Part shown: one piece after another, positions 16,911 through 28,238 of the stretch
Numbering within the stretch: position 1 is the first letter of the stretch
Layout of the letters: each line of letters starts with the position of its first letter
Assembly: GCF_000195955.2 (NCBI RefSeq)
Contig: NC_000962.3
Coordinates: forward strand, 3,840,001 to 3,872,000
DNA: 32,000 nucleotides
Direction: 5' to 3'
Source: Mycobacterium tuberculosis H37Rv
GTDB lineage: Bacteria; Actinomycetota; Actinomycetes; Mycobacteriales; Mycobacteriaceae
Translations under genes and position numbers: made by a program
The notes under the pieces: model-generated
What the model saw: the letters and a program-made list of their open reading frames with translations, nothing else
Told to the model about the DNA's origin: nothing
Database searches by the model: none

Positions 16911-17387
16911 ATGGTCGGTAGGGCAGTCCCGTCGCCCAACCGACGCTATCGTCGAGTTTGGCCACCGCGCACGAAAGGCCAACACTTGTCCAACCCATAT
17001 GCCCAGCACCAGCTGAAGCTCATCAGGCACACGGGTGCGCTGATCCTGTGGCAGCAACGCACCTACGTGGTCTCCGGGACGCGCGAGCAATGCGAAGCGG
17101 CGTACAAGTCGGCGCAGACCTACAACCTGCTCGTTGGTTGGTGGAGTTTGGTGTCGCTCCTCGCGATGAACTGGATCGCGCTGATTTCCAACTTCAATGC
17201 GATTCGGCGGGTGCGAGCCGCCGCCGACGGGGCGTCCGTTCCCCACGGCCCGCACGCCATCGCCCATCCAGCCGTTCCCCGGGGACCCATACCGGCGGGC
17301 TGGTATCCAGACCCGTCCGGGGCGGGACTGCGTTACTGGGACGGTGCGACGTGGACCCACTGGACCCATCCGCCACGTCACCGCTAA
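16911..17387 (+). CDS. Small membrane protein with DUF2510-like C-terminus (158 aa; true start possibly TTG at 16986)
   Basis: TYNLLVGWWSLVSLLAMNWIALISNFN and IPAGWYPDPSGAGLRYWDGATWTHWT. The LSNPYAQHQLK start at 16986 has upstream gaaagg. Confidence 0.8.
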   Translation: MVGRAVPSPNRRYRRVWPPRTKGQHLSNPYAQHQLKLIRHTGALILWQQRTYVVSGTREQCEAAYKSAQTYNLLVGWWSLVSLLAMNWIALISNFNAIRRVRAAADGASVPHGPHAIAHPAVPRGPIPAGWYPDPSGAGLRYWDGATWTHWTHPPRHR

Positions 17388-17396
17388 CGTCGACGG

Positions 17397-18239
17397 GTGC
17401 CCCGGATCCGCAAGCTCGTCGCCGCCCTGCACCGCCGGGGACCACACCGTGTTTTGCGCGGTGACCTGGCTTTTGCCGGCCTACCCGGGGTGGTGTACAC
17501 CCCCGAGGCGGGGCTGCACCTTCCCGGTGTCGCCTTCGGCCACGACTGGCTCACCGGCACCTCTCGCTATTCGGGTCTATTGGAGCATTTGGCGTCATGG
17601 GGCATCGTGGCCGCCGCCCCCGACAGCGAGCGCGGACTGGCCCCATCGGTCCTGAATCTGGCCTTCGATCTGGGCGTTGCCCTCGACATCGTGGCCGGTG
17701 TCCGCCTTGGGCCTGGAAAAATCAGCGTGCACCCCGCCAAGCTCGGGCTGGTGGGCCATGGTTTCGGTGGCTCGGCCGCCGTGTTCGCCGCCGCCGGCTT
17801 GACCGGCACGCACGTCAAGTCCGTGGCGGCGATATTCCCGACGGTGACCAATCCGGCCGCGGAGCAGCCAGCCGCGACCCTAGACGTTCCGGGACTGATT
17901 CTGACCGCACCTGGCGATCCGAAGACGCTGACCTCCAACGCCCTCGGGCTATCCCGGGCTTGGGATAAGGCCACCCTACGCATCGTCAGCAAAGCCCGAG
18001 CCGGTGGTCTGGTTGAGGGCAGACGACTGACGAAGGTGTTGGGGCTCCCAGGCCCACACCGCCGGACGCAGCGTTCGGTCCGGGCGCTGCTGACCGGGTA
18101 CCTGTTGTACACGCTCGGCGGCGACAAGACTTATCGCAGGTTCGCCGATCCAGACCTGCAGCTGCCCAAGACGGACCCGATCGACCCTGAAGCGCCGCCG
18201 ATCACCCCGGGGGAGAAGATCGTGACGCTGTTGAAGTAG
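17397..18239 (+). CDS. Alpha/beta-hydrolase-like protein (280 aa)
   Basis: KLGLVGHGFGGSAAVFAAAGL (nucleophile-elbow GHGFGG); PGLILTAPGDP; LLTGYLLYTLGGDKTYRRFADPDLQLPKT. Confidence 0.85.
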   Translation: MPRIRKLVAALHRRGPHRVLRGDLAFAGLPGVVYTPEAGLHLPGVAFGHDWLTGTSRYSGLLEHLASWGIVAAAPDSERGLAPSVLNLAFDLGVALDIVAGVRLGPGKISVHPAKLGLVGHGFGGSAAVFAAAGLTGTHVKSVAAIFPTVTNPAAEQPAATLDVPGLILTAPGDPKTLTSNALGLSRAWDKATLRIVSKARAGGLVEGRRLTKVLGLPGPHRRTQRSVRALLTGYLLYTLGGDKTYRRFADPDLQLPKTDPIDPEAPPITPGEKIVTLLK

Positions 18240-18258
18240 CGCGGGACACCCCGACCCG

Positions 18259-19662
18259 TCACGGCCCCGCCTGCGGAAGCTCGTCGGCGGCGATCTCACA
18301 GGGGGTGGCTCCCTCGGACAGCGCTTCCGGCGAAGGCCCATTCGCCGGTTCCGGCGCACCCGGCGGCGCCGGCGCAGCGACCGGAGGCGGTGGTTCGGCG
18401 ACCGGAGGCGCGGCAGGCGGCGGCGGTTCGGCGACCGGCGGCAGCGTGGCCTCCTCGGCGACATCCTGGGCACGTTCAGCGGGCACCGATTCGTCGGCGT
18501 CGTCGACCTCGTCTGCTTCGTCGGGCTCTGTTGCTTCCTTCGGCTCCGCTGCCTCGTCGGCCTCTTCCGGGTGGGCATCGTCGCCGTCATCAGCGTTGTC
18601 GGCCGCGTCTTCAGCGAACGGATCGACGGCACCCGGCGGATTGTCAGCTGCCAACGGATCCCCCAGCTGTTCGGCCACCGAACCCAGCAGGCTATCCACC
18701 GCATCGACGATCCGGTTGGCAAGCCCGGCAAGCCCGGCAAACCCGCCCAGACCGCCGGTGCCGCCGGCATCGCCGAAACCACCGGCGCTGCCAACACCCG
18801 CCGGCGTCGCGGAACCATCACCTGGCGCCGATCCAAAATCCGACGGCGTCACTGGCCGCGAGGTCACGGCCGGCACCGGATCCGGCGGGGGAAGAGCGGC
18901 CGCGGGCGTAATCGCTGCCGTCGCGCTCGGTTGAGCCGGCACCGATGCCGGAGAAGGTTGGCGACCGGGCCCGAGATCGTCCGGAATCTCGAAGTGCGCG
19001 CGCGGCGCGCTGGCCAGCTGATCGGTGACCGCATCATACGACGCCGCCACACCGGCCGTTGTCGATCGCATCGTGGTCAGCCAGTCGTTGCGAACATCGT
19101 CGTCCACGTAGGGCTGTATCTGTTGGCGAACCACTTCGACGGCCGTCGGCCGATCTGCCCCCTCCGTCGTGAGCGCTTCGGCCGCAGCCAACCATGCCGG
19201 CCGCTGCGCCAGGGCACGCTCGTCGATCGCAATGGCCGTCGCGACTTTGGAGTCCACCAGCTGCCAGAGGTTGTCGCGCAGCGATTCGCAGCGTTGGGCC
19301 GCGGCACGGACTTCGGTGACCACCGAATTTCCAGTCTCACAGTGACGCTGCACAAAGTGCACCGCCGCGTCGGCCCCCGATCCCGTCCATGCCGCTGCCA
19401 AGACGGCGACCTGGCTACGCTCCATCCGCAGCGCCTCCATGAGCACACTGGCGGCAGCCCGCAGCTGCGCGCAGTCAGCGTCGAGCGCGTGCAGGTCAAG
19501 TCCGTCTTCGCTGCCGTACCAGTCGTGGATCTGGGCAGGGTAGGCGGTCAGGTCGGGATGTTGGTAGCCCACCAGGTGGCAAGCCCGCACGTAGCTTTGC
19601 GTGTGCTCGGCTGCGGGCCTGCCCTCGGCGAGACGCTCAGCGACGTTCAACCGGTCAGCCAC
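18259..19662 (-). CDS. Alanine/proline-rich protein with WxG-bearing N-terminal helical region (467 aa, Rv3439c-like)
   Basis: VLAAAWTGSGADAAVHFVQRHCETGNSVVTEVRAAAQRCESLRDNLWQLV, followed by an acidic/proline-rich tail (EADEAAEPKEATEPDEADEVDDADES; PPPPAAPPVAEPPPPVAAPAPP). GTG start at 19662. Confidence 0.85.
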   Translation of the reverse strand: MADRLNVAERLAEGRPAAEHTQSYVRACHLVGYQHPDLTAYPAQIHDWYGSEDGLDLHALDADCAQLRAAASVLMEALRMERSQVAVLAAAWTGSGADAAVHFVQRHCETGNSVVTEVRAAAQRCESLRDNLWQLVDSKVATAIAIDERALAQRPAWLAAAEALTTEGADRPTAVEVVRQQIQPYVDDDVRNDWLTTMRSTTAGVAASYDAVTDQLASAPRAHFEIPDDLGPGRQPSPASVPAQPSATAAITPAAALPPPDPVPAVTSRPVTPSDFGSAPGDGSATPAGVGSAGGFGDAGGTGGLGGFAGLAGLANRIVDAVDSLLGSVAEQLGDPLAADNPPGAVDPFAEDAADNADDGDDAHPEEADEAAEPKEATEPDEADEVDDADESVPAERAQDVAEEATLPPVAEPPPPAAPPVAEPPPPVAAPAPPGAPEPANGPSPEALSEGATPCEIAADELPQAGP

Positions 19663-19664
19663 CC

Positions 19665-19976
19665 TCACCCGATCCGCGCCGCCGCGCACAGGTCGGCCTC
19701 GGCGTAGCGGTTGGCGCCCGCCCGCAACGCAAACGCGATCTGCACAGCCGCCCGGGACCACACTGACAACTCGCCGGCCAACCGGTCTAGCCTGCAGCGC
19801 AACGCATCGCCACGCGAGGCGTGCCCCCGGCCCGCGCAGGCTCCGCCAAAAGCCAGCCTCGTCAGGTGATTGCCGATGGCGTCATCGATGAGCTCGGCGG
19901 CGGCGCTGAACCGGTCGGCAACCGCGTATACCGCTGCTATGTCTATGCCGGCGCTGTTTACGCTATCGGGTCTCAT
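19665..19976 (-). CDS. Small EspC/DUF2580-like protein (103 aa, Rv3440c-like)
   Basis: MRPDSVNSAGIDIAAVYAVADRFSAAAELID...LAGELSVWSRAAVQIAFALRAGANRYAEADLCAAARIG; helical hairpin with C-terminal Y-x3-D (YAEAD). Confidence 0.8.
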   Translation of the reverse strand: MRPDSVNSAGIDIAAVYAVADRFSAAAELIDDAIGNHLTRLAFGGACAGRGHASRGDALRCRLDRLAGELSVWSRAAVQIAFALRAGANRYAEADLCAAARIG

Positions 19977-20023
19977 GCCTATTCGGACGCCCCGCGCCGC
20001 GTCGGGGTTCCAGCATTTCCGGT

Positions 20024-21370
20024 TCAGCGCGCGGTGCTCACCGCGTCGGCGACCGTGGCCGCCAGCCGCTGGGCGACGCCCTCGTCGGCTGCCTCCACCA
20101 TCACCCGAATCATCGGCTCAGTTCCGGACGGGCGCAAGAGGATTCGACCCGTGTCACCCAGCTCGGCCGCGGCCTGCTCGACCGCCGTTCGGACCGAGGG
20201 CGCCGCGGCGGCGGTGGCCTTGTCGACAACCTCGACGTTGATCAGCACCTGCGGCAACGTCCGCATCGCCGACGCCAGGTCGGACAACGACGAGCCGGTC
20301 TGCACCATGCGGGTCATCAACCGCAGCCCGGTGACGATGCCGTCACCGGTGGAGCCCAGCGCCGGCATGACGATGTGGCCGGATTGTTCGCCTCCGAGGC
20401 TGTAGTCACCGGCCCGCAGCTCTTCGAGGACGTAGCGGTCACCGACGGCGGTTGTACGCACGGTGACGCCGGCCGAGCGCATGGCTAGGTGCAGCCCGAG
20501 GTTACTCATCACGGTGGCCACCAATGTGTTGCAGGCCAACTCACCGGCCTCTTTCATTGCCAGCGCCAGCACCACCATGATGGCGTCACCGTCGACGAGG
20601 TCACCGTTGGCGTCGACGGCCAGGCACCGATCGGCGTCTCCATCATGGGCCAGGCCCAGGTCGGCCCGATGGGCGAGCACCGCTGCCCGCAGCGGGTCAA
20701 GGTGAGTCGATCCACAGCCGTCGTTGATGTTGCGTCCGTTGGGTTCGGCGTTGATCGCGATAACCCGGGCACCGGCCGCTCGGTAGGCGCGCGGAGCCGC
20801 CGACGACGCGGCCCCATGAGCGCAGTCGACCACCACGGCCAGGTCATCGAGCCGGGCGGTGGCGGCCTTGGCCACGTGGCGCAGGTAGCGTTCGGTCGCA
20901 TCCTCGGCGTCGATAACGCGGCCAATCCCCGCGCCGGCCGGCCGCAACCCGGGTCCGCGGGAGACGCCGAGGACCAGATCCTCGATCTGATCCTCGGTGT
21001 CGTCATCTAATTTGTGGCCGCCGGGCCCGAAGATTTTGATGCCGTTATCGGGCATCGGGTTATGCGACGCCGAGATCATCACCCCGAAGTCGGCGTCGTA
21101 GGCGCCGGTCAGATAGGCCACCGCGGGGGTCGGCAACACCCCGACCCGCAGCGCGTCGACGCCCTCACTGGTCAGGCCGGCGATCACGGCGGCCTCCAGC
21201 ATCTCGCCGCTGGCCCGCGGATCGCGGCCAAGCACCGCGACTCGCCGACCCGGTGCGCCCGACCTCGACAATCGTCGCGCCGCCGCGGCGCCCAGTGCCA
21301 GGGCCAGTTCCGCGGTCAACTCGCGATTGGCGACACCGCGCACACCATCGGTGCCAAACAGTCGACCCAT
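20024..21370 (-). CDS. glmM: Phosphoglucosamine mutase (448 aa)
   Basis: [15 protein letters not shown]; [17 protein letters not shown] (catalytic Ser); [11 protein letters not shown]; [12 protein letters not shown]. Confidence 0.97.
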   Translation of the reverse strand: MGRLFGTDGVRGVANRELTAELALALGAAAARRLSRSGAPGRRVAVLGRDPRASGEMLEAAVIAGLTSEGVDALRVGVLPTPAVAYLTGAYDADFGVMISASHNPMPDNGIKIFGPGGHKLDDDTEDQIEDLVLGVSRGPGLRPAGAGIGRVIDAEDATERYLRHVAKAATARLDDLAVVVDCAHGAASSAAPRAYRAAGARVIAINAEPNGRNINDGCGSTHLDPLRAAVLAHRADLGLAHDGDADRCLAVDANGDLVDGDAIMVVLALAMKEAGELACNTLVATVMSNLGLHLAMRSAGVTVRTTAVGDRYVLEELRAGDYSLGGEQSGHIVMPALGSTGDGIVTGLRLMTRMVQTGSSLSDLASAMRTLPQVLINVEVVDKATAAAAPSVRTAVEQAAAELGDTGRILLRPSGTEPMIRVMVEAADEGVAQRLAATVADAVSTAR

Positions 21371-21494
21371 ACGGACAACCTTTCACAGTTGACGGCTGCG
21401 CACATATCCACTCTTGGCAGCGAATATGCCTGTTGGTTCACCGACACGCCGACGAGCGCACACAAACATGCACGCTTGTCGCCCGAAAGTGATG

Positions 21495-21950
21495 TCAGCG
21501 CTTGCTGTACTGGGGCGCCTTGCGGGCCTTCTTCAGGCCGTACTTCTTGCGCTCGGTGGCGCGTGGATCACGGGTCAAGAAGCCGGCCTTCTTCAGCGCG
21601 GGCCGGTCCTCCGGCGATACCAGAATCAATGCCCGGGCGATACCCAGGCGCAGCGCGCCGGCCTGACCCGACGGGCCGCCGCCGCCCAGGTGGGCAAAGA
21701 TGTCGAAACTTTCCACCCGATCCACGGTGACCAGGGGTGCCTTGATCAACTGCTGGTGCACCTTGTTTGGGAAGTAGTCCTCCAAGCTGCGGCCGTTGAG
21801 GTCGAACTTGCCGGTGCCGGGCACCAGCCGCACTCGTACCACGGCCTCCTTACGGCGCCCAACGGTCTGGATGGGCCGCTCCAACACGAACGATTGTGCG
21901 GGCCCGGCCGGGGCCGCCGGGGTTTGCGGGGCTGGGGTGGTTTCGGTCAT
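21495..21950 (-). CDS. rpsI: 30S ribosomal protein S9 (151 aa)
   Basis: [30 protein letters not shown]...[19 protein letters not shown]...[33 protein letters not shown] overlap with rplM. Confidence 0.98.
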
Positions 21951-22390
21951 TGCGCCACCTGCTTGAGCTCGTACGGAACCGGCTGCTGAGCGCTGTGCGG
22001 ATGCTCCGGGCCGGCGTAGACGCGAAGCTTGCGCTGGATCTGGCGGCTGAGCCTGTTCTTGGGCAACATGCCGAGGATCGCCTTTTCCACCACGCGGTCG
22101 GGGTGGCGTTGCATTAGCTCACCGATGGTGCGCTTGTGCAGGCCGCCGGGATACCCCGAGTGCCGGTAAACCATCTTGTGCTGCAGTTTGTCGCCGCTGA
22201 TGGCGACCTTGTCGGCGTTGATCACGATGACGAAGTCACCGCCATCGACATTGGGGGCGAACGTCGGCTTGTGCTTGCCGCGCAGCAGGTTGGCCGCCGC
22301 GACGGCAAGGCGGCCAAGCACCACGTCCGTGGCGTCGATGACGTACCACGATCGCGTGGTGTCACCCGCCTTGGGCGCGTACGTGGGCAC
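21947..22390 (-). CDS. rplM: 50S ribosomal protein L13 (147 aa)
   Basis: [59 protein letters not shown]...[13 protein letters not shown]...[14 protein letters not shown]. Confidence 0.98.
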
Positions 22391-22553
22391 AGCGCTTACC
22401 TTCTTTTCTCTCGGGTGGATCCCGGGGTGCCCCGGGCGCCGGTCAGGCGTGAACGGCGGGTTGGTCTCGGCGAACCGACATTGACCCGAGGTCCCGGCGT
22501 ACCGCACGCCAACCGAGCAGCTTACCGACGAGCATCCACGCAGGTCAAAATGA

Positions 22554-22594
22554 CTGTGTGGTCCCGACGGCTCTCCCCCGTCGGGACCACACAG
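22554..22594 (-). terminator. Strong intrinsic terminator-like hairpin downstream of esxT
   Basis: Perfect 17-bp arms ctgtgtggtcccgacgg (22554-22570) / ccgtcgggaccacacag (22578-22594) with a 7-nt loop, followed on the minus strand by TCATTTTG; begins 30 bp past the esxT stop. Confidence 0.85.
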
Positions 22595-22623
22595 GGGTCT
22601 GTTGCGCGCTCCGGGGCCCGGAA

Positions 22624-22926
22624 CTAGCGTGCCCAAGCTCCAGCCGCCCGCCGGTCGGCATGCGCCACGTCGTCGGCACCGTGGCGAACCGCGTTTCCCA
22701 AGTCGATCAGGATCTCGTTGAGCGCGCTGGCCGCCTGGTGCCACTTGAGTTGCTCCGCGTGGTAGGCGGCGGCCGCTTCCCGTGTCCAGAGCTGCTGCAA
22801 CGGCGCGATCTGCGACCTCAGCTCTTGCAGCGCAGCGTTGAAACGGGCCGCGGTGGTGTGGATCTCCTGACGAACGGAGTATTCGATGGCGTCAAAGTTG
22901 TACGACAACACGGGGTCTGCGTTCAT
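22624..22926 (-). CDS. esxT: ESX-4 WXG100-family protein EsxT (100 aa)
   Basis: [77 protein letters not shown]; ATG at 22926. Confidence 0.93.
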   Translation of the reverse strand: MNADPVLSYNFDAIEYSVRQEIHTTAARFNAALQELRSQIAPLQQLWTREAAAAYHAEQLKWHQAASALNEILIDLGNAVRHGADDVAHADRRAAGAWAR

Positions 22927-22946
22927 AGTCGAGGCTGATCCTCGGT

Positions 22947-23264
22947 CTATAGGTCGCCGCCGGCGGCGGCGATGTGGCGGGCATGGATTTGGCCGGCTTC
23001 CCGCAGCGCGGCCTCGTTGTGGCGGATGGTGTCGGCGATCGCGTGCAGGACGTGGTAGAGCCGCGTCGACTCGGCGTTCCAGCGATCCACCACATCCTGG
23101 AACCGAGCGGCCGCGAGCCCACCCCACACCGACGGCGGCACACCGCTCATGCGGCCGATGAATGCCTGCAGCATCGCACGGATTTCCTCATTGCGGGCGT
23201 CCGTGATACCCGCAACCGAACGCATCAGGTCAAAGTCGGCGTTCAGCGTGTTCGGTGTGCTCAC
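22947..23264 (-). CDS. esxU: ESX-4 WXG100-family protein EsxU (105 aa)
   Basis: [73 protein letters not shown]; GTG at 23264. Confidence 0.92.
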
Positions 23265-23316
23265 ATCAAGTAGGACCGCCGCCAACCTCGTCTGGTTCCC
23301 TCCGATCCTTCCCGGT

Positions 23317-24531
23317 TCAACCAACGGCGTGGACGGACCGTACGGCTTGCGCACACACCTCCCTGAGGAGGTCTTCATGGCCGGGCCCGCTCTGGCAGCC
23401 GACGCTGATCCGGACCGCTCCGTCGAGCAGAATCGTCCACCGCACCTGATGCCCGGCGCGGACCTCTCGATAGGTCACCGCGGGCCGGCCGGCTCTGATA
23501 TCGGAGGGGTTGAAGTCGACGAATACCCCGGCCGGTGACGCGTCGATCGCCCGCTTCAACCGCTGCGCGGTGCCAGGCAGCGTCTCACCGGGAACCGGTG
23601 ATTGTGTGACGTGCAACGCCACCTCGGGATCGGCCGGTGAAGTGACCTGTACCCGCGCCGAACCGGGACCGGAGACCACCCGCTGCGTGGACCAGTCCGC
23701 CGGAATCGTCAGCGCCACCCGGCCCTCTACCAGAAGCGTCGTCGGTGGTCTTTGCAGGGTTGTCGCACCGTGGCGGACCACGGCAGCCGGCGCCAGTAAC
23801 GCCAAGGCGACACCGGCGGCCGCAACCCGGGCAAGTGTCGGGACCCGAGAGCGGGTGGCAGGCCGCGCCGCCGGATCGGCGGGCTCGTCGGAAGGCGGCA
23901 GGGCGGCCCTGGCCAACCGCGCCAGCCGCACGCCGTCGATCTCGACCACGCTGCTACCGGTACCCCGCACCGCACCGGCGATTGCCGCCGCGAGCGCTGC
24001 CGCCCCGGCGACCGTACTGGGCACGTCGATCAGCACCACCGCGGTAATACCCCGCGTCATCCGCGCAATGACACTGCCTACCTGGCCGGCAACGGACTCG
24101 GCGTCCGTGCGGCGGGCCACCGCGGCGACCTCGGCGCCGGCCACCAACACCAGTCGCTCCGCGATCTCCACCACCACCGTTGCGGCCGAAACCCCCGAGG
24201 ACGCCTGCCTCAGCAGCCACGACCGCGGGTGCACGACGACATCGCGGGTCAGCGTGCGTGCGGCTGCGGTGACCACCTCGACCCGAGCCGCCGACCACCA
24301 CGACGGGTGCACGACGACCGGGCCGTCACGGTGGTCGACGGCCACCGATCGCAGGGCGTCGAACCACAGCGAATCCACGGCGACTGGCCGTTCGTCCAGC
24401 AGCGCTACCTGGTCGTCGATCGCCGCCAGCGCGGCGGCAGACACTGCGGTGTCCGCGACTACGTCTGCGCCACAACACAATCGGCGGATGGCACCCGGAC
24501 CCGCCTCGATCACCGCGCGATGTGGGCTCAC
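23317..24531 (-). CDS. Type VII secretion-associated protein, Rv3446c family (404 aa)
   Basis: Ala/Val-rich protein between eccC4 and esxU, with one predicted TM ([20 protein letters not shown]) and a conserved C-terminal domain ([32 protein letters not shown]). Confidence 0.88.
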   Translation of the reverse strand: MSPHRAVIEAGPGAIRRLCCGADVVADTAVSAAALAAIDDQVALLDERPVAVDSLWFDALRSVAVDHRDGPVVVHPSWWSAARVEVVTAAARTLTRDVVVHPRSWLLRQASSGVSAATVVVEIAERLVLVAGAEVAAVARRTDAESVAGQVGSVIARMTRGITAVVLIDVPSTVAGAAALAAAIAGAVRGTGSSVVEIDGVRLARLARAALPPSDEPADPAARPATRSRVPTLARVAAAGVALALLAPAAVVRHGATTLQRPPTTLLVEGRVALTIPADWSTQRVVSGPGSARVQVTSPADPEVALHVTQSPVPGETLPGTAQRLKRAIDASPAGVFVDFNPSDIRAGRPAVTYREVRAGHQVRWTILLDGAVRISVGCQSGPGHEDLLREVCAQAVRSVHAVG

Positions 24532-27500
24532 GGGGGTGGGCTCCAGGCGACTTGAACCAGTTGCTCGTCACCGGCACCGGTGACCAGGATGCCCCGGCCC
24601 GGTGGCAGCGGCATCGGGCGGCTCGACCCGAACAGTGCGCCTTCATCCGGACGTCCGCTCATCAGCAGTGCCCGGCAGCCCAGGTCACGCAGGCTGGCAA
24701 GCACCGGCTCGAACAGCGCCCGAGCAGCACCCCCGCTGCGCCGCGCCACCACCAGGTGTAAACCGAGATCTCTTGCGTGCGGCAAATATTCGAGCAAGAC
24801 CATCAGCGGGTTGCCCGATGAGACCGCAACCAGGTCGTAGTCGTCGACCACGACATAGATATCCGGACCCGACCACCAGGACCTGGCTCGCAGCTGCGCC
24901 TGGCTCACATCCGGGGCGGGCATCCGCGCCTGGAGCAGGTCGACCAGACTCGACAGCTTGGCACCCAGCGCCGCCGGCGAGCTGACGTAGCCGCTCATAT
25001 GTTCCGACTCGATGACGTCGAGCAGGGTGTGCCGGAAGTCGACGATGAGAAGTTGGGCTCGCGCGGCGGTATGGGTCCGGACGATCTCGCGGCACAGGGT
25101 CCGCAACGCGGCCGTCTTTCCGCACTCGTTGTCGCCCAGCACCAGCAGGTGCGGGTGGCGTCCGAAATCGACGGCCACCGGCTGGCCTCGACGTTCCTCG
25201 AGGCCGAGCAAGATGTGCGCACCGAGTTCGTCGCCGGCTCGGGCCACGACGCTGTCGTAGTCCACGCGCGCGGGCAGTAGCGGTATCGGGGGCGCCACCG
25301 GATCACCACTTCGGCGTCGTAGCGCAACTCCATCCAGGTCGGGCAGGGCGATCACCATGTGCATCCCGTCGCGGGAGAGGCCACGGCCCGGTCTGTCGAC
25401 CGGCACCCGTTGCGCCTGCCTACGGTCCAATTCGGAATCCGCGGGATCCGCCAGCCGTAACTCGATTCGACTGCCGATCTGATCCCGCAGCGACGGCCTG
25501 ATCTCCGCCCACCGTGCTGCCGATAGCGCCACATGTACGCCGAATGAAAGCCCTTGAGCTGCCAGGGCAACGATCGACTCCTCAAGGGCCGCGAACTCCT
25601 GGCGTAAGCTTGCCCAGCCGTCGATGACAAGAAATATGTCCGCAAAAGACTCAGCGGCCGACTTTGCTCGCAGCTGGCGGTACCGCGCCACCGAGTCGAT
25701 GCCGTGGTCGCGGAAGAATGCCTCCCGAAATCGCACGGCCGACTCCAGTTCGGCGAGCATCCGCGATGCCAGCTGCGGCTGCGCCCTGCCGGCCACGGCA
25801 CCCACATGCGGCAGTTCGTCCACCTGGGCCAGCGCCCCGCCGCCGAAGTCCAAACAATAGAACTGCACCCGGCCCGCATCGTGGGTAGCAGCCAACGCCA
25901 TGATCAGCGTCCGCAGCGCGGTTGACTTGCCCGTTTGCGGTGCACCTACGACCGCGACATTGCCTGCGGCCCCGGACAAGTCGATCGTCAGCGGCACCCG
26001 TGACTGCTCGAACGGCCGATCGACAATGCCGATGGGTACGGCCAGCTCGGCCTGCGCCGGCTCAGCGTCACGCAGTAGGGCGCCCAGCATCGGTGGCTCG
26101 TCCAGCGGCGGTAGCCAGACTTGATGCGCAGCCGGTCCATGACCGACCAGCCGGTCGAGCACCGCATGCAAGACGGTAGGCGTGGGCACCTCGGCTGTCC
26201 CGCCGACGGGACCGGCTGTGACCGGCGCCGCAGCGTGCGTGGTGAACGGTCGCACCGACGGCGGGGCTACCGGGTGGACCGCTGAGGGACTCGCCCGTCG
26301 AAGCGGCCCGGAAACGAACGCGGTCTGAAATCGGATCAGCTCTCCGGTTCCCGTTTGCAGCAAGCCCGCACCGGGGGTGTTGGGCAGTTGATATGCGTCC
26401 TGCGTCCCGAGCACGTTGCGTGATTCACTGGCGGACCACGTTTTCAGGCACATTCGATAGGACAGATGGGTTTCCAGTCCACGCAGTCGGCCCTCGTCGA
26501 GCCGCTGACTGGCCAGCAGCAAATGCATGCCCAGCGACCGGCCCACCCGACCGATCGCGAGGAACACGTCGACGAATTCGGGATGTTGGCTCAGCAATTC
26601 GGAAAACTCGTCGACGACGATGAACAGGATCGGCAGGCAGGGAAGTTGCGCACCCGTTTGGCGTGCCCGCTGATATGCCGTGACACTGACCAAGTGGCCT
26701 GCCATCCGCAGCAGCTGTTGCCGGCGGCTCATCTCGCCGGCCAATGCGTCTTGCATCCGTGCGACCAGCGGTGCTTCCTCGGCAAGGTTGGTGATGACCG
26801 CGGCTACATGTGGGGCTCCCGCGAGGTCGAGAAATGTTGCACCACCCTTGAAGTCGACCAGAAGGAGGTTGAGGACTTCGGGCGAATTGCGTGCCATCAT
26901 CCCCAGCGCGATGGTACGCAGCAGCTCCGATTTGCCTGATCCGGTGGCGCCGACGCACAGCCCGTGTGGACCCATGCCCTGTTCCGCGGCTTCCTTGATG
27001 TCTAGCTGCACGGCGGTACCGTCGGGCGTGACTCCGATCGGGACACGGAGCCGATCATGTTGGTTTACGTTGCGCCACAACGTGCTCGGATCGAAAGCGG
27101 CCACATCGCCGATGCCGACCAGTTCCGCCCAACCCGAGCCACGGATGAACGTGCGACCCGAGTGCCCGACCCGGTGAGCGGCCAGCCGACGGGCGCATAC
27201 CAGCGCGTCTTGAGGCTCCAGCTGGTCCGGGCACGCTAGCGCTGTCACTTCGCCGGCACATCTGACCACCGGCGGTGCACCGTCTCGTCTGGCGCCCACC
27301 TCGATCGTGATCACGCCGGTGATCGCGCCGTTGCCACGTTCGGCCGTGTCGACGATCGCAACAACGTGGGCCAATACCGTTGCGGCTAGCGCATTTTGCA
27401 TCTCTGCCAGGGTCGAGTACACCATCGGGGCTGGCCCCAAGGCATCACAGGCATTCGGATGTTGGTTGTGCGGCAGCCATTTCAGCCAATCCCAGTGCGC

Positions 27501-28238
27501 GCGGTTGCGGTCACTGACCACGCCGGCGATCAGCAACTCCTCCGGTGAGTGCCATACGGCCAGCTGGCAGATCATCGCCCGCAGCAGCCCGCGGACCTTG
27601 GTCGGGTCACCGTCGATGGCGATCGGACCGCCGACCCGCAAGGGGATCGCGATGGGCGCATCCGCAATGGTCGCGTGTGCGGCAAGGAAACAGCGCAGCG
27701 CGGCGCGGGTGACCGGATCCGCACGCTGCGCCGGCGGAAGCTGCCCGACCACCAAGCGGGTGGCCAGCGGTGCAGATCCAACTCCGACACGGATGCGACA
27801 GAAGTCGGCAGCACCCGGTCGACGCTCCCACATTCGCGGACCACCGATCAATGTCCACAAGGTGGCAGGATCGGGATGCGTCCAGTTCAGTGATACGTGT
27901 TGTGCTGCAGCCGTTTGGGTGACAGATGTGCGCAAGACACTCAGGTACCCGAGGTAGTCGACACGGTCGTTGTGGATACCGGAGACATGCCGCCGGCCGC
28001 GTCCGGTTACCGCAGTCACCACCAACGAGACCAGCATCATCATTGGGAAGGCCAGAAACGTGGGGTGGCGCGTGGCCGGCGAGCCCGGCAAGAACACCGT
28101 CACCATGACACCCACGGTCGCCACCGACATGACGACCGGGAGCAGGCGAATCAGCAGGCTGGACGGTTCCGACCGCCGCAACTCGGGCGGCGGGGCAACC
28201 AGGATGTCCGCAGTCGCGCACGCCGGCCCTGAATTCAT
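24528..28238 (-). CDS. eccC4: ESX-4 type VII secretion FtsK/SpoIIIE ATPase EccC4 (1236 aa)
   Basis: Two N-terminal TM segments and three ATPase modules with P-loops [31 protein letters not shown] overlap with the downstream gene. Confidence 0.96.
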   Translation of the reverse strand: MNSGPACATADILVAPPPELRRSEPSSLLIRLLPVVMSVATVGVMVTVFLPGSPATRHPTFLAFPMMMLVSLVVTAVTGRGRRHVSGIHNDRVDYLGYLSVLRTSVTQTAAAQHVSLNWTHPDPATLWTLIGGPRMWERRPGAADFCRIRVGVGSAPLATRLVVGQLPPAQRADPVTRAALRCFLAAHATIADAPIAIPLRVGGPIAIDGDPTKVRGLLRAMICQLAVWHSPEELLIAGVVSDRNRAHWDWLKWLPHNQHPNACDALGPAPMVYSTLAEMQNALAATVLAHVVAIVDTAERGNGAITGVITIEVGARRDGAPPVVRCAGEVTALACPDQLEPQDALVCARRLAAHRVGHSGRTFIRGSGWAELVGIGDVAAFDPSTLWRNVNQHDRLRVPIGVTPDGTAVQLDIKEAAEQGMGPHGLCVGATGSGKSELLRTIALGMMARNSPEVLNLLLVDFKGGATFLDLAGAPHVAAVITNLAEEAPLVARMQDALAGEMSRRQQLLRMAGHLVSVTAYQRARQTGAQLPCLPILFIVVDEFSELLSQHPEFVDVFLAIGRVGRSLGMHLLLASQRLDEGRLRGLETHLSYRMCLKTWSASESRNVLGTQDAYQLPNTPGAGLLQTGTGELIRFQTAFVSGPLRRASPSAVHPVAPPSVRPFTTHAAAPVTAGPVGGTAEVPTPTVLHAVLDRLVGHGPAAHQVWLPPLDEPPMLGALLRDAEPAQAELAVPIGIVDRPFEQSRVPLTIDLSGAAGNVAVVGAPQTGKSTALRTLIMALAATHDAGRVQFYCLDFGGGALAQVDELPHVGAVAGRAQPQLASRMLAELESAVRFREAFFRDHGIDSVARYRQLRAKSAAESFADIFLVIDGWASLRQEFAALEESIVALAAQGLSFGVHVALSAARWAEIRPSLRDQIGSRIELRLADPADSELDRRQAQRVPVDRPGRGLSRDGMHMVIALPDLDGVALRRRSGDPVAPPIPLLPARVDYDSVVARAGDELGAHILLGLEERRGQPVAVDFGRHPHLLVLGDNECGKTAALRTLCREIVRTHTAARAQLLIVDFRHTLLDVIESEHMSGYVSSPAALGAKLSSLVDLLQARMPAPDVSQAQLRARSWWSGPDIYVVVDDYDLVAVSSGNPLMVLLEYLPHARDLGLHLVVARRSGGAARALFEPVLASLRDLGCRALLMSGRPDEGALFGSSRPMPLPPGRGILVTGAGDEQLVQVAWSPPP

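Noticed and set aside
16890-17447. N-terminal extension of glmS (810 aa in the track)
   Set aside because: GlmS requires an N-terminal Cys after the initiator (MCGIVG); the extension overlaps the divergent Rv3437 gene.
18300-18560. Proline/glutamate-rich stretch of Rv3439c considered as a DNA tandem repeat or CRISPR-like array
   Set aside because: Repetitive at amino-acid level only; no regularly spaced identical DNA repeats with unique spacers.
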